DNA of 64,000 bases from a virus. The position numbers were made by a program, and so were the translations under genes. Each line of letters begins with the position of its first letter. The stretch's first letter is position 1. Of this stretch, positions 27,324 through 37,397 are shown in pieces. The stretch is from positions 46,744 to 110,743 of IMG/VR virus record IMGVR_UViG_3300029422_000001. The stretch is one strand, 5' to 3'. The notes beneath the pieces were generated by a model, which searched no databases, was not told the origin of the DNA, and saw nothing but the letters and a program-made list of their open reading frames with translations.

Positions 27324-28741
27324 GCTTTTATCCTATTATAATATTCTATAACCTTTTCTTTTCTATCTCCTGGTTTTACTGCCATATTCTCAGCCAAGAA
27401 CCTAAAATACGACACCGGTATGTCCTTGAATCTAATTCCTTCATATTTTCCAAACCACATTATTATACTATCAAGATCGTCTTCTCTCCTACCATCTCCA
27501 TTCACAGATTTAAGCGAGGCTGCCCGACGAAGGATCTCGTCTTTGGTAATAATATCACCCATCCTTATATTAGACAGAAGTTGATCGCCAGCAAACATAC
27601 ACCAGCCCTTAGAAGGGAATTGCTCGATTGTCAGGTCTTCTATCCGACCAAAGCGTCTCATGTTGTCGCAGCAATCAACTATCAGCGCCTCTTTCTTGTC
27701 AGGATGGATGCGGACGGCGCGGCCTAATATTTGGTAATAAGTTGAATATGAGAAAGTTGGTCGACCAAACATCACACAATCAAGTTCAGGAAAATCAAAT
27801 CCGGTAGCAAGCGTTGAATAATTAAAAACCACCTTCAACTTACCTTCTTTGAAATCGGATATGATTTGCTCTCTTTTCTTTTTGGTTGTTAGCGATGTTA
27901 CGACACCGGTTATGGCTCCCATCCTGGCATTCATGAACTCTGATATTCTATTACATGATTCGATAGAATCCATGCAAACCAAAATGGCTTTACGCTCGTT
28001 CATAAGTTGAAGAAGGCGCTTGTAGATAGAGTTGTTTAAGCCGTTTCGTACAATACTTTCTTTAATAGATTCGTTGGTGTATTCGGCTCCGGTACTGTTT
28101 AACATCAGAGCCGATTCATCAAACGACCATCGTTCGTACTTAAGTGGACACCAAAACCCTTGAGAAGTTAGTTCTTGTATTTGAGTCACATGAACTATTT
28201 TCTTGAAGAAGTTATGCTCGTCTTTCGTCAGCATATTGAGCTTGCTATAGTTCCCTTCCAGCATGGAACTGTAGGTTCGGAGGCGGCAGGGAGTGGCGGT
28301 GAAGCCCAGTACCTTCGCCTCTGGGAACCTGTTCATAAACTCCATAAATTCAGAACCTTCTTCAGGAGAATATCCTGAATGACATTCGTCTATCAATAAG
28401 GTATCTATCCCTATATCCTTCAACCTCGCTACATCTTTCTTTATGCTCTTTAATGTTGCATAAGTCATAGCCGACAGCTCCTTTATACCACATGAAGCAG
28501 AATATATAGTAGGTTTAGAACCGAATGATACGGCCTTTGCATAATTCTGCTCCAGAATCTCTTTTGAGGGCTGTAATACTAATGTCGGTCTATTTATTTC
28601 ATGTGCTATCTTGGATATCAGAAGGCTCTTTCCACATCCGCATGGGGCTACGATTATGCCAGGCTTCTTAGATCTTCCTGTAAGAAACTTAAGCCCGGCA
28701 TCTACTGCTTCTTTTTGGTAAGGTCTAAGTTCAAAGCCCAT
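27320..28741 (-). CDS. SF2 DExH-box helicase (473 aa)
   Basis: Motif I APCGCGKS, motif II LLIDECH, motif III GFTATP, motif VI YQILGRAVR. Confidence 0.85.
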   Translation of the reverse strand: MGFELRPYQKEAVDAGLKFLTGRSKKPGIIVAPCGCGKSLLISKIAHEINRPTLVLQPSKEILEQNYAKAVSFGSKPTIYSASCGIKELSAMTYATLKSIKKDVARLKDIGIDTLLIDECHSGYSPEEGSEFMEFMNRFPEAKVLGFTATPCRLRTYSSMLEGNYSKLNMLTKDEHNFFKKIVHVTQIQELTSQGFWCPLKYERWSFDESALMLNSTGAEYTNESIKESIVRNGLNNSIYKRLLQLMNERKAILVCMDSIESCNRISEFMNARMGAITGVVTSLTTKKKREQIISDFKEGKLKVVFNYSTLATGFDFPELDCVMFGRPTFSYSTYYQILGRAVRIHPDKKEALIVDCCDNMRRFGRIEDLTIEQFPSKGWCMFAGDQLLSNIRMGDIITKDEILRRAASLKSVNGDGRREDDLDSIIMWFGKYEGIRFKDIPVSYFRFLAENMAVKPGDRKEKVIEYYNRIKA

Positions 28742-29117
28742 CGCAATCTATTATATTATTTTTTGAAAGTTCTATTATCGCCTCTTTCAACATCTCCCTT
28801 GCTTTATTCTCATTATCTTCAAACAGGCATACACTGCATGTAGCACCTTTGGAGGGGTAGTCTCTGTAGGCTTCTGCTCTTTCTACAACGTACTCACAAC
28901 AATAGTCGTGACTCATGTCTTTTGCTATACTTATAAAATGATCTTCTCCATCCATCAACACGCAATATTCAGCATCGTTTTCGCATGCAATAACACCTTT
29001 GTTTTTTAAAATGGATAGCACTTTATTTCCAAAAAGTCCAATATAGACCCATATATCTTTCCCTGCATTTTTGTAAAAAATATCCATTCCTTCTTTGATT
29101 GTGACTTTCTTTTCCAT
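28731..29117 (-). CDS. Hypothetical protein (128 aa)
   Basis: ORF, minus-strand array. Confidence 0.5.
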   Translation of the reverse strand: MEKKVTIKEGMDIFYKNAGKDIWVYIGLFGNKVLSILKNKGVIACENDAEYCVLMDGEDHFISIAKDMSHDYCCEYVVERAEAYRDYPSKGATCSVCLFEDNENKAREMLKEAIIELSKNNIIDCDGL

Positions 29118-29123
29118 AATCCC

Positions 29124-29474
29124 TTATTTTATATCAGTAATTAAAACATATATTTTAGCAATATCTTCAAGACTCACAGAAGAACGTATATATAGTTTTT
29201 CTTCGTACTCATATAGAGCGTACCCTTCTTTTATGTCTAATATCTTAATCACATGCTTGCCTCTTTCAAATGGATCCTCAAAGTAGCTCTTATGTTCGTA
29301 TCTTTGACCTACTTTGATTTTGTCAGTTTTCTTCTTCATCTTATAACGCTCTACTGCTCTACCTGTTTTTATGAAAGCTGTCGTGAGTAAGTATAATAAA
29401 ACTAAATACAAAAGGATCGCTACTCCACATATTAGATCTTCTTTCATTACACTCCTTTTAAATAGTTGAACCAT
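29124..29474 (-). CDS. Hypothetical protein with N-terminal TM helix (116 aa)
   Basis: Hydrophobic CGVAILLYLVLLYLLTTAF segment. Confidence 0.5.
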   Translation of the reverse strand: MVQLFKRSVMKEDLICGVAILLYLVLLYLLTTAFIKTGRAVERYKMKKKTDKIKVGQRYEHKSYFEDPFERGKHVIKILDIKEGYALYEYEEKLYIRSSVSLEDIAKIYVLITDIK

Positions 29475-29613
29475 ATATCCTCCAGCTTCTCCTAAAGCTC
29501 AAACGCTTTCTTGAAATTCCCGCATTTTACAGCAACGTCTCTCATGTATTCTACGTTTATAACTTCCGGATCTTGCCGGTATTTCGTTCTTAACTTTTGA
29601 ACATCCTCGTATT

Positions 29614-30633
29614 TCATCGTTTTATCTTTTTAGACGGATCCCAATCTGAAGAGAAAGGGCATTCGTTTTTGTTATGTAATCCAAAGTCACAATAATAACA
29701 CAGCGCCGACGGGCAGGGTAGCTTGTTTTGCGAAACAGGCTGGCTTAGGGTGGCGCGCCGCTTGCTATACCTGGCTTCTTCTGCTCCCTGGATGTACGCT
29801 TGAAATGTTTTTACACTATTATCTTCAAAATCATACATTTTAGACAAAGTGTCATTTAGCATTTCTATAGATTTTGTTTTACGTTCTTCATCTACTTTAA
29901 CCTTTTGGTACTGCCTGGTTCTGGTAAAGAAATAGATGTTCATATCTGGCAGAACTCCACCATATTTTCTATAGATGTAAAACGAATATATAGGATGCTG
30001 TAAATTCGTTTCCAACTTCTTAGAGTCAAAAACCTTGTTTCCTGATTTCCAATCTATGACATAATGGTGAACTACGTTCTTGCTCTTTATAGCCAGATGA
30101 AGGTCTACCGATCCTACTATGTACACATGAGTATGAATTACTCCATTTATATCAACAGGCTTAGGAAGACGGTACGGCAGCACAAAATCTTCTTCGACTC
30201 CAACTATAGCGCCGTGTCTGATAAGTTTCTCACAGGGATTAAGATCACTATCAGCTATCATAAACCTATTCCCGTCTTTTTTAAACAGATCCACAATCCA
30301 AGCAAGAAGCTCCCCAGATTGTTTCATGGCTATCATCATATTTTCCGGTGATAGCCAAGGTATGTCTTCTTGGTAAGCATAGTAACTTATTGCTTCTCCA
30401 AGGTCTTTACCAGAAGGCTGTCTTCCGTTCTTAAAGAAGTATTCCAGTGTCTTATGGATAACCGTACCATAAGATGTAGCTTCTTGTTTTTCTGTAGACC
30501 TTTTGCCCTCTACGTAAGTTTTATACCATTTCATTGGACAGGTAAGAAACGTATCTATCTGGGAATAAGATATGGCAAGACGTTTCACACCATTAAACTC
30601 CTTATATAGCAAATGCGTTTCCGGGACCATCAT
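29614..30633 (-). CDS. Cas4/RecB-like PD-(D/E)XK nuclease with 4-Cys cluster (339 aa)
   Basis: N-terminal Cys (TCPMKWY), core GSVDLHLAI...IDWKSG (D...D-x-K), C-terminal CPSALCYYC...C triad. This is the Cas4/DUF83 architecture. Confidence 0.7.
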   Translation of the reverse strand: MMVPETHLLYKEFNGVKRLAISYSQIDTFLTCPMKWYKTYVEGKRSTEKQEATSYGTVIHKTLEYFFKNGRQPSGKDLGEAISYYAYQEDIPWLSPENMMIAMKQSGELLAWIVDLFKKDGNRFMIADSDLNPCEKLIRHGAIVGVEEDFVLPYRLPKPVDINGVIHTHVYIVGSVDLHLAIKSKNVVHHYVIDWKSGNKVFDSKKLETNLQHPIYSFYIYRKYGGVLPDMNIYFFTRTRQYQKVKVDEERKTKSIEMLNDTLSKMYDFEDNSVKTFQAYIQGAEEARYSKRRATLSQPVSQNKLPCPSALCYYCDFGLHNKNECPFSSDWDPSKKIKR

Positions 30634-30989
30634 AAGTCATTGTCTTTAAATCCTTCTGGGTAATATACGACATACTTCTTACCGTCTTCTGGTGTCATGG
30701 CAAACTGCATGTAGTTATTACGATTACGATGCTTGCCATCCAATCCTCGTTTCCAATACAGGATACCGTCTATATCCACATAAGATCGGCCGCGGTCGGC
30801 TCTAACCACGTCCGTGTGTAGCAGATACCCGTCGGAAGACACAATCCACACTTTATCCCCTTTGCTTAAATAAGATATTCTTTTTCTTACAACAACCCTT
30901 TTCTTATTATCCAATACAAATTCCTCGTCAGTCATACTCTTCATCCTCCTCTTCTTCTGTTTCAAAATCAATTCCATAATACTGATCAT
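30630..30989 (-). CDS. Hypothetical protein (119 aa)
   Basis: ORF, minus-strand array. Confidence 0.5.
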   Translation of the reverse strand: MISIMELILKQKKRRMKSMTDEEFVLDNKKRVVVRKRISYLSKGDKVWIVSSDGYLLHTDVVRADRGRSYVDIDGILYWKRGLDGKHRNRNNYMQFAMTPEDGKKYVVYYPEGFKDNDL

Positions 30990-31142
30990 AATGCTTGGTC
31001 AGTTCTTCTGGTTCTAAATCTTGTCCAAAATCCATGTTAAAAATATCGTAATTAGTAAAGCACTGTTCCTGCCGGCAGGAAATCTATGAATGCTGCTTTT
31101 ATTTCTTCAATTAGGCCCAAGTGTAACCTTGGGCCATTGTAT

Positions 31143-32843
31143 TTATTTTTTGTCATCTCCTTTTAGCTTCTTTAAAGTATCTGCAATCGGAAGCTGATCA
31201 ATGACTCCCAATGCCGGAGCGACGGTCTTGACAACATTGTTAAGGAAATTACCGGTACTGTTCTGACCGCCGTCAAATACTGTGATATTTCCGAGGTTAA
31301 TGTGCTCAAATGCCTTAACCTGTTCTCCGGCAATTTCTTTCCACTGATTAACCATCTTGTACTGGATGGCGATCTGAGGATTGGATTCTGCTGCTTCCAC
31401 CATGGCCTTAAATCCGTCGGCTTCTGCCATTAACGACTTTTTCTTACCTTCGGCTTCTGCCTCCAGCTTCATCTGAATAGCTTTTGCCTCCGCCTCAGCT
31501 CTTGCCAAATGTGCTGCTGCCTCAGCCTCAGCCCGGCGTTTGATCTTCTCGGCCTCGGCATCAGCTTGCAAGATAGCCTCTTCCTTCTGGGTTTCAGCCG
31601 GCACAATCTTTTCAGCCTTAAGCGCAGCCTGAACTTTCTTAGCCTTAGCTTCTTCCACTTCTTTGTCGGCAAGCTCTTTTGCTGTTTTTACAGCCGCTTC
31701 CGATTTAACTTTTTCTTCTCCGGCCTTCTTCTCTGATTGAGCTTTGATGATCTGTAGTTCTGATACTGATACAGCAACCTCCTTCTGGGCATTGTTGTAT
31801 CCTATAGACGCATTTTTCTCAGCCTCAGCCTTCTTAATCTGAGCTTCAGAGTCTTGTATTGCTATAGCTGCTTCCTTGTCAGCTTCAGCCTTATTCTTTC
31901 CGACTTCTTCCATTCTTTCAGCCTCGGCTTTATTTACTTCAAGTTCTGCCTTAGATCTTACGATCGCCGATTCCTTGTCGGTTAAAGTTTTTGCGATAAC
32001 CGCAGCCCTGTCTCTATCTGCTTGAGCTACACCGATCTGTTTCTCTTTGTCGGTTAAAGCTAAAGCTATTTCTTTTTCTTTCTTCGTTTCAGCTACTATT
32101 GTCTCCTTTTCTTTTTCAGTACAAGCAATTTGAATCTCTTGTTCTTTTTTGGTATTAGCCACAGCCGTTTCTTTTTCCTTCTGCTGTACAGCAATTTTAA
32201 TAGCACCCAGCTTCTCCTGTTCTTCGATATTAGCCTGTGCCTCGTTCAGAGCCCTACTTTCAGCTTCCTTACCAAGGTTCATAATATAACCGGCTTCGTC
32301 TCTGATGTCACTGATGTTGATGTTCAGGAGGTAAAGACCTAACTTGTTAAGCTCGTTATCAATGTTCTTTCTCGCCTTATCCAAAAACTCATCCCTGTCA
32401 GAATTAAGTTTTTCGATTGTCATTTCAGCAATAATCAAACGCATCTGACCGTAAACGATGTCCGTAATAAGATTTTCAGTAGATTCGGTATCCATCCCCA
32501 AAAGTCTTTCTGCCGCATTTTGCATGATCTCTGGATTTGTACTGATAGCTACTGTAATGGTCGTAGGTACATCTACTCTAATATTCTGAGATGACAAAGC
32601 ACCGGTAAGCTTGCAATCTATTTGCATAGGCTCCATTGACAAAACATCATAGCTTTGAATAATAGGCAAGACAAATGCCGCTCCACCATGATATAATTTC
32701 GCCGATTTCTTTTCCCCACCTGTCTTACCGTAAACGACCAAGACCTGATTAGGTTTACATCTACGATACCTTGATAAGACTCCGATGATTGTCAAAATAA
32801 TCACTACAGCTAAGATAGCTGACACGTACATGATTATTGTCAT
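31143..32843 (-). CDS. Flotillin-like SPFH/band-7 protein (FloT/YqiK type, 566 aa)
   Basis: N-terminal TM helix, SPFH core, then a long EA-repeat coiled coil (AEAE..., KAEAEK...), the flotillin-domain hallmark. Confidence 0.8.
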   Translation of the reverse strand: MTIIMYVSAILAVVIILTIIGVLSRYRRCKPNQVLVVYGKTGGEKKSAKLYHGGAAFVLPIIQSYDVLSMEPMQIDCKLTGALSSQNIRVDVPTTITVAISTNPEIMQNAAERLLGMDTESTENLITDIVYGQMRLIIAEMTIEKLNSDRDEFLDKARKNIDNELNKLGLYLLNINISDIRDEAGYIMNLGKEAESRALNEAQANIEEQEKLGAIKIAVQQKEKETAVANTKKEQEIQIACTEKEKETIVAETKKEKEIALALTDKEKQIGVAQADRDRAAVIAKTLTDKESAIVRSKAELEVNKAEAERMEEVGKNKAEADKEAAIAIQDSEAQIKKAEAEKNASIGYNNAQKEVAVSVSELQIIKAQSEKKAGEEKVKSEAAVKTAKELADKEVEEAKAKKVQAALKAEKIVPAETQKEEAILQADAEAEKIKRRAEAEAAAHLARAEAEAKAIQMKLEAEAEGKKKSLMAEADGFKAMVEAAESNPQIAIQYKMVNQWKEIAGEQVKAFEHINLGNITVFDGGQNSTGNFLNNVVKTVAPALGVIDQLPIADTLKKLKGDDKK

Positions 32844-32874
32844 AACTTTTAAAATTTAATTGTTGATAAAAAAA

Positions 32875-33369
32875 TTAGATACTTAATTCTCCTTCTTCAT
32901 ATTTTATATTCACCTTGTCACCGTTTTTGTAGGTTTTTCCAGACAAGCATCTTACTCTCATTTGCTCCTGTCTTCCATTTTTCGAAATATTTACCATATA
33001 ATGATTCTTCCCTGATCTAAACACTATCTCCACTTCTCTTCCATTTAAATCTTCCGGACATTCGTACACCATTTCTTGCTTTAACTTAAGAAGTAACTTA
33101 TATACGTAAAACAAAACGATAAAGAAAAGCGACCCTATCACAACCCCTACTAAATGGGAACCCGAAAAGTAGGTAGTCCAGCTATATCCAAGAATAAAAT
33201 GTGTTATGCCCTTGAATGATATGATGTCCGACAAAGACATGCTTAAATCAGAAGCACTGTCAATGTCAATATCCGTATCCAGATCAGATCCTAATATCGA
33301 CAACAAAAACTGTATAACAAAAGCAAATGACGCTATTAAAGCCATGCATAAAATTATGTCACTTCCCAT
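32875..33369 (-). CDS. NfeD-like membrane protein (TM helices + C-terminal OB-fold beta-barrel), cognate partner of flotillin
   Basis: 2-3 predicted TM segments. C-terminal GREVEIVFRSGKNHYMVNI...GDKVNIKYEEGELSI beta-rich tail. Gene order NfeD then flotillin as in bacterial operons. Confidence 0.7.
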   Translation of the reverse strand: MGSDIILCMALIASFAFVIQFLLSILGSDLDTDIDIDSASDLSMSLSDIISFKGITHFILGYSWTTYFSGSHLVGVVIGSLFFIVLFYVYKLLLKLKQEMVYECPEDLNGREVEIVFRSGKNHYMVNISKNGRQEQMRVRCLSGKTYKNGDKVNIKYEEGELSI

Positions 33370-33610
33370 ATCCTTCTGTTATTATTTTGTAAACAAGATC
33401 AGTCATATCTTTGATGGTCTCCATATCATAATCAATAATAACAATATTGAATTTTTGTTCCACCATCACATCAAGCTCAATCCGATCAACAGAATCTAAT
33501 CCAAGTTCTTTAAACGACACATCTTCTTCATGAACTATATCTATTTCCGAATTAAGAAACTGAGTAATAATTATATCCTCTATTATCTTTCTGATTCTTA
33601 CTTTTTCCAT
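33359..33610 (-). CDS. Acyl carrier protein-like (83 aa)
   Basis: FKELGLDSVDRIELVMMVEQKF matches the ACP phosphopantetheine-site motif (LGxDSLDxVEL) with a conserved Ser. Confidence 0.6.
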   Translation of the reverse strand: MEKVRIRKIIEDIIITQFLNSEIDIVHEEDVSFKELGLDSVDRIELDVMVEQKFNIVIIDYDMETIKDMTDLVYKIITEGYGK

Positions 33611-34311
33611 TGCTTTCTAATTTTGTTAAATAAGTATGTTTTTATGTTTTTCAATCTCTCTTTGTCTGTTTCAGAACTTCCGGTAAATAAATAATCCGGA
33701 TTGCCTTTAGCCGGCGGCGTAGGCAATTTAGATACGGCAAACAACCAATCCATTTCCTTATTCTTCTTAGGCTCCAAATAAGGCTCGGTAGCGATCTTAA
33801 ATTTTTCAGCTATTAAGTCAAAGAGCTTTGAATTTTTAAGGTTCATATGAACTGAAAAAGTTTGAGAAGGCGGTTTCCATATGAAGTTACATAAGCTCAT
33901 TGTATAATCTCCTGACTCTGCTATATAAGATTCCGTTACCTGAAGTATGACCTCTTTCTTGAATGAGGTGTTACCCATAAACCAACACAATCTGGATTCT
34001 GCTTCTTTTCTGCTGACACCTATGTCTTTTGAATATGATTCGTACATTCCTATCATAATCTTCAACGTTTCCAGAACCTCGTCTGTCATTTCCGGTGTCT
34101 CTATATAATTCACAAAAGACGTTCCCTTGTTGGTCAATCTCATCACGCCTGATTTTAATTTCTCAACCAGGCCAAGCTCTATATACCTCCCAGCATCTTC
34201 TTCTGGCATAGCTTCGATCATAACCGAATCCTTCTGTCTTATGGCAAGAAGATTGGCAAGATCATTAGGGGTCATGTCTGATGCTGCAAGTTGTCTGAAA
34301 TTGATGTACAT
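33598..34311 (-). CDS. Hypothetical protein (237 aa)
   Basis: ORF, minus-strand array. Confidence 0.55.
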   Translation of the reverse strand: MYINFRQLAASDMTPNDLANLLAIRQKDSVMIEAMPEEDAGRYIELGLVEKLKSGVMRLTNKGTSFVNYIETPEMTDEVLETLKIMIGMYESYSKDIGVSRKEAESRLCWFMGNTSFKKEVILQVTESYIAESGDYTMSLCNFIWKPPSQTFSVHMNLKNSKLFDLIAEKFKIATEPYLEPKKNKEMDWLFAVSKLPTPPAKGNPDYLFTGSSETDKERLKNIKTYLFNKIRKQWKK

Positions 34312-34313
34312 TC

Positions 34314-34607
34314 TTAATCAGCTTTAATAAAAATAACATCCTTACCATCCTCCCTCTCTACGTGATTACACGGGCCTGCGACTACATCTACCGACCCGCA
34401 TGTAATGTGGTCATTAAATATACATCCTTCACATCCTAAGTCTGGCTCTGGAGCATCCACACATTTTAATCTTACAAGTCCGGCATCAAACACTTCTCCT
34501 ACTTTAAATTCCTTCTTTTCCATATTTCCTCCTTTTTTTTTAACTATTGTATCCTTCTTTGATAATCGAATTTCTACCGGTAGATACCGACTGACGAAGA
34601 TCATCAT
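34314..34607 (-). CDS. Hypothetical Cys-containing small protein (97 aa)
   Basis: CVDAPEPDLGCEGC...C..H pattern. Confidence 0.45.
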   Translation of the reverse strand: MMIFVSRYLPVEIRLSKKDTIVKKKGGNMEKKEFKVGEVFDAGLVRLKCVDAPEPDLGCEGCIFNDHITCGSVDVVAGPCNHVEREDGKDVIFIKAD

Positions 34608-35142
34608 GTACAGAATCTACCGTAGAATACTTGTTTCTGGTTGTAAAAATCACTTCCAGCATCTCCTTGTAGTCACCTAAAGCTACTTCGTATCTCGGAT
34701 CCACTTTGGCTTTTCTTTCAGCCTCGGCATTACTTTTAGCCAGTTCTCGGTCGAGGAGGTCTTCTTTGATTCGGTCAGCAATCATATCAAGTTCTTTTTT
34801 AATAACTTCTCCTGCTGCCCGAAGTTGACCTTCTACGTCACCAAGCTGGTCTTGGACGGTACCTATTTCTTTCTTTAGACGATCGTATTCGTTAATCATA
34901 CCCATATCACCTGCATAGCCGGAAAAGTCCTTGATTATTCTGGTTCCTTCTTTAAGGAGCTCAATGACTCGTCTTTTGCGTTCTCTGCTTATTAAAGACG
35001 GAAGACGATAATTCATATCCGCTACTGCTTTATCATGTATGGAGTTGATTAAAAACATCTCTCTTTCATCCCCTGCGAACTCAGTAAGAACCAAAAGGAA
35101 CTTACTTATCAAGTATTCGTTTTCTTCTACGGTAAGTCTCAT
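34540..35142 (-). CDS. Hypothetical coiled-coil protein (200 aa)
   Basis: ORF. The start may be internal because it overlaps the next ORF by 68 nt. Confidence 0.5.
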   Translation of the reverse strand: MRLTVEENEYLISKFLLVLTEFAGDEREMFLINSIHDKAVADMNYRLPSLISRERKRRVIELLKEGTRIIKDFSGYAGDMGMINEYDRLKKEIGTVQDQLGDVEGQLRAAGEVIKKELDMIADRIKEDLLDRELAKSNAEAERKAKVDPRYEVALGDYKEMLEVIFTTRNKYSTVDSVHDDLRQSVSTGRNSIIKEGYNS

Positions 35143-35155
35143 ACGTTTCTTTTTT

Positions 35156-36289
35156 TTAATATACTGACTGTTCTTCCTTTACCTCTTGTTCTTGATCTTG
35201 ATTGCTCGTAACGTCTTCCACAGTATAGAGCTTGGGCGGCGTCGGCGGCTGGTTGGGGTTCACGAACTTCGTCCCTCCCTCCCCGTACATCCATCCATGC
35301 CCCGGCAGGATCTCTGGGTGGATTGTATTAGTAAGCTCTTCCATACTAACTTGCCTTACCTTCAGTATATGATGAAACACCAGTCCGGCTGTCCTGAATG
35401 ATGTTTTGTTTTCAGTTTTAAACCGGTCAAGAGTCTGATACCAGTCTTTTCCAAATATCATATACTTATCTAGCCCGTACCGACGAGGATTATGCAAACC
35501 TATCATCAACGTACATAATTGACCCAGCGTATCAGACTGGTAAAAATCAGAAAGACGAGGCGGCTGCTCTTGTGGGCTTTTTATCCTTCCTTCTATCTCT
35601 CTATTGAATTGGGATATGATGAGGAAAAATATGTTTTTATATACTAATTTAGCCTCATTCATAACCGCCACCAAATCATCTATAGCCGACTTAGGATCTA
35701 ACCCCATTCTTTTTATCAAAGCAATATGATCGACTTTAAATATTATAAGACGTTTGTCTTTGTGTTTGGTAGCTATATGATACACAGCCGCCTCAAACTC
35801 TTTTACCGTACACGGAGCATCGATGTATATTATATTATTCCTGATTTCACCTTGAAGGATTTCAAACATCCTCATCTCTTCTACTGTATTAGAATCTTGC
35901 CTTCTTAATATTTCAGGAGCTCGCTTTTTCATATCTTGGCTCATTCTACGAAGAAGAAGATCTTGAGGATTCATTTCGAACTCGCAATTAACAAGAAAAT
36001 AATCTTCTGCTTGCGGGTTGATCATCGGATTCATCACATTTTCCAATATCTTTTGGGCCACATACGATTTACCTACAGATGGCCGGGCTCCTATGGCAAT
36101 AGCGTGCTGAGGAAAAATACCTCCAAGTAAAGCTTCGTCAATATAATCGTATCCGGTTTTAGCGGGGATAAGCTCTCCCCGCCTGTATTTCAATATATTC
36201 TCATACGCCTCTTCCATAACCTGTTTAGAGGTCTTGAATATCCTTCTTATATCTATCCTATTTGCTATCTCCTCTTGCATTTTTGTCAC
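35156..36289 (-). CDS. DnaB-like replicative helicase, RecA-fold C-terminal domain (377 aa)
   Basis: Walker A GARPSVGKSYVAQ, typical of the DnaB C-terminal domain. Downstream motifs fit the DnaB/gp4 family. Confidence 0.8.
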   Translation of the reverse strand: MTKMQEEIANRIDIRRIFKTSKQVMEEAYENILKYRRGELIPAKTGYDYIDEALLGGIFPQHAIAIGARPSVGKSYVAQKILENVMNPMINPQAEDYFLVNCEFEMNPQDLLLRRMSQDMKKRAPEILRRQDSNTVEEMRMFEILQGEIRNNIIYIDAPCTVKEFEAAVYHIATKHKDKRLIIFKVDHIALIKRMGLDPKSAIDDLVAVMNEAKLVYKNIFFLIISQFNREIEGRIKSPQEQPPRLSDFYQSDTLGQLCTLMIGLHNPRRYGLDKYMIFGKDWYQTLDRFKTENKTSFRTAGLVFHHILKVRQVSMEELTNTIHPEILPGHGWMYGEGGTKFVNPNQPPTPPKLYTVEDVTSNQDQEQEVKEEQSVY

Positions 36290-36536
36290 CTTTCGTATCC
36301 GATTTGGAGCCCCTATTAGCTTTTACTGATTTATACCTAAGACCGTTCTTGGTATGAGAACAATCTTTGCCTTTCCTCCAGCCCTTTCCCTTCTTCTTGT
36401 CCGTTTCGTAGTTTTTACGACCAAGCTCTCGGCGTTTGGCTTTCTGTTCCGGTCTGGCATTTATCTCCTTGTCCTTTTTAGCCTTTTTCTTCCTGGCTTC
36501 GGGATGAGTCCTGTAGTACTCTGTTGATCTGCCCAT
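36258..36536 (-). CDS. Extremely basic 92-aa ORF (K/R about 40%). A histone-like DNA-binding protein or a spurious ORF.
   Basis: Fills an otherwise 250-nt gap. Composition is unusual. Confidence 0.3.
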   Translation of the reverse strand: MGRSTEYYRTHPEARKKKAKKDKEINARPEQKAKRRELGRKNYETDKKKGKGWRKGKDCSHTKNGLRYKSVKANRGSKSDTKGDKNARGDSK

Positions 36537-36588
36537 GTGCTTATATTTTTTTTGATTAATAATAGCACAAAGATAGGCAATTCGCGCC

Positions 36589-37155
36589 CTATTTCAACCT
36601 GCCGTAGCTCATATCAGGATCACACCAGACATATCCGTCTTTCTCATCATGAAGATACTCAGGACATCCTCTACATGCGCTACTGCCTGACACTATTTGA
36701 TTGTTTTTATTAGGGCACTTATCTCCAGGTTTATGCCATTCTATTCTCGAACCTGATCGTTCTTTGTTTACATGACATAACTGAAAGATTTTTCCCATCG
36801 TCTTCTCGCCGAACATACCTATATGTGTGTATTCTTCCGGTATAGAGAGAAATTCAGATAAATCTTTATACATCCTTTTCCGTTCCTCCGGCGTAGACCA
36901 TAGTCTGTCAAGTTCGGCATGGACTCTTATCTTAAGAGACCTCAGTGATGGCCCCGCAAGCCGGCCTTTAGCTTTTCCCTTATTCGGCCCTGATTCATGA
37001 ACACCGACATAAGCGTTGCATGGTTTACACATCATAACCATCCCTAAGCCTTTTCTGCTATATATTTTATCGGCATTGACCAACTCGGTTTCTCTTCCGC
37101 AATAAGGGCAAATTTCGCCTCTTAAAATCCGTTGTTGCCGCACATTGAGTTCCAT
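36589..37155 (-). CDS. Zn-ribbon protein (188 aa)
   Basis: CPYCG...CKPC N-terminal ribbon and C-terminal CRGCPEY...C. Confidence 0.55.
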   Translation of the reverse strand: MELNVRQQRILRGEICPYCGRETELVNADKIYSRKGLGMVMMCKPCNAYVGVHESGPNKGKAKGRLAGPSLRSLKIRVHAELDRLWSTPEERKRMYKDLSEFLSIPEEYTHIGMFGEKTMGKIFQLCHVNKERSGSRIEWHKPGDKCPNKNNQIVSGSSACRGCPEYLHDEKDGYVWCDPDMSYGRLK

Positions 37156-37397
37156 ACTCTATCCTTTTGTTTCTCTTTAAACTTTTCATACAAACTGCTT
37201 TCAGTTTCCATTTCCGAGATCTCCACCTCTACGTCCTCTCTTTTGAAAATTACTTTCTTGGCTGTAGGATACGCACATTTAGAGATACGAATAGCATTAC
37301 GAATAGCGTAAACAAAATACGTTTCTGGTGATGATTCGATCACCACTACCTCGTTTAAAGTGTTTTTATAATTTTCCATATTATCTACTTGCTTCAA
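37122..37397 (-). CDS. Hypothetical protein (91 aa)
   Basis: ORF, minus-strand array. Confidence 0.45.
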   Translation of the reverse strand: MKQVDNMENYKNTLNEVVVIESSPETYFVYAIRNAIRISKCAYPTAKKVIFKREDVEVEISEMETESSLYEKFKEKQKDRVWNSMCGNNGF

